Position numbers and translations under genes: made by a program. From Tubiluchus corallicola (lineage: Eukaryota > Animalia > Priapulida): a stretch of 57,790 nt of DNA. Positions 52,269 to 57,790 of this stretch are shown here, one piece after another. Within the stretch, counting starts at the first letter, position 1. Each line of letters starts with the position of its first letter. The DNA is taken from contig JAQGDQ010000668.1 in NCBI GenBank assembly GCA_030141605.1, positions 1 through 57,790 of the forward strand. Direction: 5' to 3'. Below the pieces are notes generated by a model that worked only from the letters and a program-made list of their open reading frames with translations, did not search any database and was not told the origin of the DNA.

Positions 52269-52783
52269 CAGTAGTACCTCTGTTTTTGACCATAATTCGT
52301 TCCTAAAAAGTGTTTGAAAACCGATTTGGTTGAGTACCGAATCATTTATTCCCATAAGAAATAATGTAAAAGCAAATAATCAGTTCTCAAGCACCAAATG
52401 ATCTGTAAAGTGTTACTAAAACAAAATATAATAATGCAAAAATGTTTATTCAAACAGTACATATGATATAATTGATAAGAAAAACATAATAGAATTACTT
52501 AGAAAGAAAAACATAAATTGTTCCTGCATGAAAAAGCGGAGAAAAATAAGCGTAGAAAGCACTTAGCGATGTTAGGCGTTTCAAATCTTGTGCGTGACTA
52601 CTCACGGGCGCAGTCGGTTACGCTCGGCTCTACTCGGCTCGCCGCACATGTATTCATCACGTGTTTGGAGGTTGGCCGAGTACCGAAATTCTGGTCGAGA
52701 GCGGAGACAATTTCAGCTCGAATTTTCTGGTCGAAAACCGATTTGTACGAACACGGAAACGTTCGACAACGGAGATATGACTG
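52269..52783. mobile_element. Tigger-type MITE
   Basis: TA|cagtagtacctctgtttttgacc ... gttcgacaacggagatatgactg imperfect TIRs. Confidence 0.65.
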
Positions 52784-53026
52784 CGTACGCGAGATAAGGA
52801 AACATGGCTCCATGAATATGCAATGGATCGTCATGAAACTTCACACGCGTATACTAGAATGAATTCCGCATAGATTGGTGCAGTAGTCGGTTTTTCCGCC
52901 CGCCATTTTGAAATCAAGATGACGGCAATGCGCTACTAAACGTCTTAAATACTTTAAAAAATTATCAGCAGATGCAAAATGAAGCACATTTTATGCTTCC
53001 ATTGAATCCCAATGTATCCCGTGGGA

Positions 53027-53632
53027 CCTTACCTTAGACCTTAGTCCTTCCTGCGCATTGATGCACATTGGGCAGACAGCATTTTCCACTGAGTTCTATC
53101 GGCGGCTTCGTTCTCTACGTTTTCCCAACGTATGTTGACAGCTCGAAGGTCTTCTTTGAAGGATCTGCGCCACGTTGTTTTTGGCCGACCTCTTTTTCGT
53201 TTCCCACCAGGTGGTTCCCACTGTACTGCTGTTTTGGCGTAACGACTTTCTGATAGACGGAGAATATGTCCAGCCAGTTTCATTCTTCTCTCTGTAACTA
53301 TATCTTGTAACCGCAATGACTGCGCTCGTTGAAGAACTTCTACATTGGTGACATGGTCGCGGTAGGAGATTTTTAGTATCTTTCGAAGGCATTTTTGGTG
53401 GAAGACGTTCAGTTTCTTTGATAACTCCGCTGTGACTTTCCAGGTTTCGCTGGCATAGAGAGCCGTTGGCAGCACAATGGCGTTGTACAGACGAAGTTTG
53501 ATTTTCATGTCAATTTTCTTGCTTGTCCAGATTTTTCCCATCTTCCTAAATACTGCTGTTGCTTTGCCGATTCTCCCCCTGATGTCATTTTCTGTACCTC
53601 CATTACAGGTCATCACACTGCCCAGATATGAA
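53027..53632 (-). mobile_element. 5'-truncated RTE-clade LINE (RT thumb/C-terminal region), stop-free for ~195 codons
   Basis: YLGS...DIRGRIGKA..F..M.KIW...KLRLYNAIVLPTALYASETW...GHILR...GKRKRGRPKTTW...DR..W, then short (TAAGG)-type tail. Confidence 0.9.
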
Positions 53633-53813
53633 AAACAGGCTATATTTAACACGCGGGCATAGGTAGAAAAAAATTATTATGTGTAAACAAGATGGACATA
53701 CTGAACAAAAGTACCAAGCCAATTTTTTTCTTATTAGAAAATTATTTGGGACTGAAAGGGTTAAATAAGTTCTTGATTGACATTCCCTATTCTAATTCCG
53801 ACAGCGACTCTGA

Positions 53814-56621
53814 GATGAATGTGTGCAGTTGCTAGATTACACTGGTGAAAGTCATTGATAAATGAATGTGTGCAGTTGCTAGATCACACTGGTGTAAGTC
53901 ATTGATAGATGAATGTGTGCAGTTGCTAGATTACACAGGTGAAAGTCATTGATAGATGAATGTGTGCAGTTGCTAGATTACACAGGTGAAAGTCATTGAT
54001 AGATGAATGTGTGCAGTTGCTAGATTACACTGGTGAAAGTCACTGACAGATGAATGTGTGCAGTTGCTTGATTACACTGGTGAAAGTCATTGATAAATGA
54101 ATGTGTGCAGTTGCTAGATTACACTGGTGTAAGTCATTGATAGATGAATGTGTGCAGTTGCTAGATTACACTGGTGAAAGTCACTGACAGATGAATGTGT
54201 GCAGTTGCTTGATTACACTGGTGAAAGTCATTTACAGATGAATGTGTGCAGTTGCTAGATTACACTGGTGAAAGGCATTGATAGATGAATGTGTGAAGTT
54301 GCTAAATTACACTGGTGAAATTCATTGATAGATGAATGTGTGCAGTTGCTAGATTACACTGGTGAAAGGCATTGATAGATGAATGTGTGAAGTTGCTAGA
54401 TTACACTGGTGAAATTCATTGATAGATGAATGTGTGCAGTTGCTAGATTACACAGGTGAAAGTCATTGATAGATGAATGTGTGCAGTTGCTAGATTACAC
54501 TGGTGTAAGTCATTGATAGATGAATGTGTGCAGTTGCTAGATTACACAGGTGAAAGTCACTGACAGATGAATGTGTGCAGTTGCTAGATTACACTGGTGA
54601 ACGTCACTGACAGATGAATGTGTGAAGTTGCTAGATTACACTGGTGAAAGTCACTGACAGATGAATGTTTGCAGTTGCTAGTTTACACTGGTGAAAGTCA
54701 TTGATAGATGAATGCGTGCAGTTGCTAGATTACACTGGTGAAATTCATTGATAGATGAATGTGTGCAGTTGCTAGATTACACTGGCGAAAGGCATTGATA
54801 GATGAATGTGTGCAGTTGCTAGATTACACTGGTGTAAGGCATTGATAGATGAATGTGCGCAGTTGCTAGATTACACTGGTGTAAGTCATTGATAGATGAA
54901 TGTGTGCAGTTGCTAGATTACACTGGTGTAAGTCATTGATAGATGAATGTGTGCAGTTGCTAGATTACACTGGTGTAAGTCATTGAAAGATGAATGTGTG
55001 AAGTTGCTAGATTACACTGGTGAAATTCATTGATAGATGAATGTGTGCAGTTGCTAGATTACACAGGTGAAAGTCATTGATAGATGAATGTGTGCAGTTG
55101 CTAGATTACACTGGTGTAAGTCATTGATAGATGAATGTGTGCAGTTGCTAGATTACACAGGTGAAAGTCACTGACAGATGAATGTGTGCAGTTGCTAGAT
55201 TACACTGGTGAACGTCACTGACAGATGAATGTGTGAAGTTGCTAGATTACACTGGTGAAAGTCACTGACAGATGAATGTGTGCAGTTGCTAGATTACACT
55301 GGTGAAAGGCATTGATAGATGAATGTGTGAAGTTGCTAAATTACACTGGTGAAATTCATTGATAGATGAATGTGTGCAGTTGCTAGATTACACTGGTGAA
55401 AGGCATTGATAGATGAATGTGTGAAGTTGCTAGATTACACTGGTGAAATTCATTGATAGATGAATGTGTGCAGTTGCTAGATTACACAGGTGAAAGTCAT
55501 TGATAGATGAATGTGTGCAGTTGCTAGATTACACTGGTGTAAGTCATTGATAGATGAATGTGTGCAGTTGTTAGATTACACAGGTGAAAGTCATTGATAG
55601 ATGAATGTGTGCAGTTGCTAGATTACACTGGTGAAAGTCACTGACAGATGAATGTGTGCAGTTGCTTGATTACACTGGTGAAAGTCATTGATAAATGAAT
55701 GTGTGCAGTTGCTAGATTACACTGGTGAAAGGCATTGATAAATGAATGTGTGCAGTTGCTAGATTACACTGGTGAAAGTCACTGACAGATGAATGTGTGC
55801 AGTTGCTTGATTACACTGGTGAAAGTCATTTACAGATGAATGTGTGCAGTTGCTAGATTACACTGGTGAAAGGCATTGATAGATGAATGTGTGAAGTTGC
55901 TAAATTACACTGGTGAAATTCATTGATAGATGAATGTGTGCAGTTGCTAGATTACACTGGTGAAAGGCATTGATAGATGAATGTGTGAAGTTGCTAGATT
56001 ACACTGGTGAAATTCATTGATAGATGAATGTGTGCAGTTGCTAGATTACACAGGTGAAAGTCATTGATAGATGAATGTGTGCAGTTGCTAGATTACACTG
56101 GTGTAAGTCATTGATAGATGAATGTGTGCAGTTGCTAGATTACACAGGTGAAAGTCACTGACAGATGAATGTGTGCAGTTGCTAGATTACACTGGTGAAC
56201 GTCACTGACAGATGAATGTGTGAAGTTGCTAGATTACACTGGTGAAAGTCACTGACAGATGAATGTTTGCAGTTGCTAGTTTACACTGGTGAAAGTCATT
56301 GATAGATGAATGCGTGCAGTTGCTAGATTACAATGCTGAAAGGCATGGATTGATGAATGTGTGCAGTTGCTAGATTACACTGGCGAAAGGCATGGATTGA
56401 TGAATGTGTGCAGTTGCTAGATTACACTGGTGTAAGGCATTGATAGATGAATGTGCGCAGTTGCTAGATTACACTGGTGTAAGTCATTGATAGATGAATG
56501 TGTGCAGTTGCTAGATTACAATGCTGAAAGGCATGGATTGATGAATGTGTGCAGTTGCTAGATTACACTGGTGTAAGTCATTGAAAGATGAATGTGTGCA
56601 GTTGCTAGATTGATAGATGAA
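53814..56621. repeat. 47-bp satellite, ~60 copies, inside a peroxidase intron
   Basis: unit gatgaatgtgtgcagttgctagattacactggtgaaagtcattgata. Confidence 0.96.
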
Positions 56622-56936
56622 TTTGCTTTCTGGTAGAGAATGCTCACCCCTAATACATTGCAAAATTGAATGTCAGCAGCCCACAGATTTATGTGAAGCG
56701 CTCTGAGGACGCATATAAATCTGTGTATTAAAATTTTGCCGAGTAAAAAAATTTATTTTTATCCCTAACGATGGCGCCAAAGATGCTTCAATGTATTTAT
56801 ATTTTATAGTGGCGCGGTCATTCTTGCAGAGCTAATGCTGTCTGGTGATAGCTAACTCATTGCTAACTAGAAACTTACTATAGAAATGTATTTTATGCGC
56901 TAAAATATTTTACCTAGTATGTGTAGCATTACCTAC

Positions 56937-57232
56937 CTGCCAGAAATGGATCACTTTTTTCTGCTTTCATATGGCAAATTCCCCTAAGCAAGGGACTGAC
57001 GCCTTCACCTGCATCAGTTCCAGACAGGGATGCGGGAGAGAAGAACACATCAGATAACTCTACTGGCACAGACGTCGAGTACGAGTCCGTGTCGAATCGA
57101 TCAAATTGAGATCTGACCAACGAGTGACCAAATCTAAATGCGGCCGTTGCGAATACGTTCGCTATGGAGGCATCCACCTTGGATTTGTATATTTTATCAC
57201 TGGTACCGCTTTGCAGAAGCCCCAAGCTGTAC
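56937..57232 (-). CDS. animal haem peroxidase (peroxinectin/peroxidasin-like) exon with proximal His; upstream exons outside window
   Basis: acacag|YSLGLL...VDASIANVFATAAFRFGHSLV...VELSDVFFSP...DPFLA; two possible donors (exon end 56937 or 56933). Confidence 0.9.
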
Positions 57233-57409
57233 CTGTGTCATAAAATAAACGCACTTTTATTGGTTAAAGAAACGAAACAAAAGATTCTGAAGATAAGAGC
57301 CAAGTGACTTGATTTCTTTAAGTTTTAACTTTAATAGCGCATATATGACTGTCACAAAGCTGCATTAGCTAATAACTCAGTGCCTGTAAGAGCTTTTGTA
57401 AAATGTGGT

Positions 57410-57790
57410 CTTGTTGTTGTTGTTCTTGTTCTTGTTCTTGTTGTTGTTCTTGTTGTTCTTGTTCTTGTTGTTCTTGTTGTTCTTGTTGTTCTTGTTCTTG
57501 TTGTTCTTGTTGTTCTTGTCCTTGTTGTCGTTGTTATTCTTGTTCTTGTTCTTGTTGTTCTTGTTCTGGTTCTTGATCTTGTTCTTGTTGTTCTTGTTGT
57601 TCTTGTTCTTGTTCTTCTTGTTCTTGTTCTTGTTCTTGTTCTTGTTCTTGTTCTTGTTCTTGTTCTTGTTCTTGTTCTTGTTCTTGTTCTTGTTCTTGTT
57701 CTTGTTCTTGTTCTTGTTCTTGTTCTTGTTCTTGTTCTTGTTCTTGTTCTTGTTCTTCTTCTTCTTCTTCTTCTTCTTCTTGTTCTTGTT
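57410..57790. repeat. (GTT)n/(GTTCTT)n/(CTT)n microsatellite running to window end
   Basis: direct inspection. Confidence 0.95.

Noticed and set aside
57410-57790. Telomeric array at the window end
   Set aside because: Mixed GTT/CTT/GTTCTT microsatellite inside a peroxidase intron, not a recognised animal telomere motif.

Overview
AT-rich, intron-rich animal (invertebrate-like) nuclear DNA; species not identifiable from sequence alone. On the + strand: the last five coding exons of MIOX (5' end lies upstream of the window), a complete three-exon METTL1/Trm8, a complete four-exon RWDD4, five exons of NUDT9 whose C-terminal exon(s) I could not find, three 3' exons of an EGF/cbEGF/PAN-domain gene with no visible 5' exon, and two isolated ADAMTS2/3/14-like exons. 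On the - strand: four 3' exons of an animal haem peroxidase that lack the internal NIQRGRDHG-type exon(s). Introns and spacers are packed with TA-flanked pogo/Tigger elements (one with transposase remnants), hAT and TTAA-type MITEs, solo LTRs with 5-bp TSDs, LINE 3' ends (RTE, Rex-Babar, L2/CR1-like), a tRNA-derived SINE, a 5S-derived sequence, and many locus-specific minisatellites. The main oddity is that beyond ~38 kb the window is a mosaic of stop-free but incomplete genes separated by simple repeats. This could be real rearrangement or gene-fragment capture, or assembly misjoins. All family assignments come from my recall of motifs; no database search was run.
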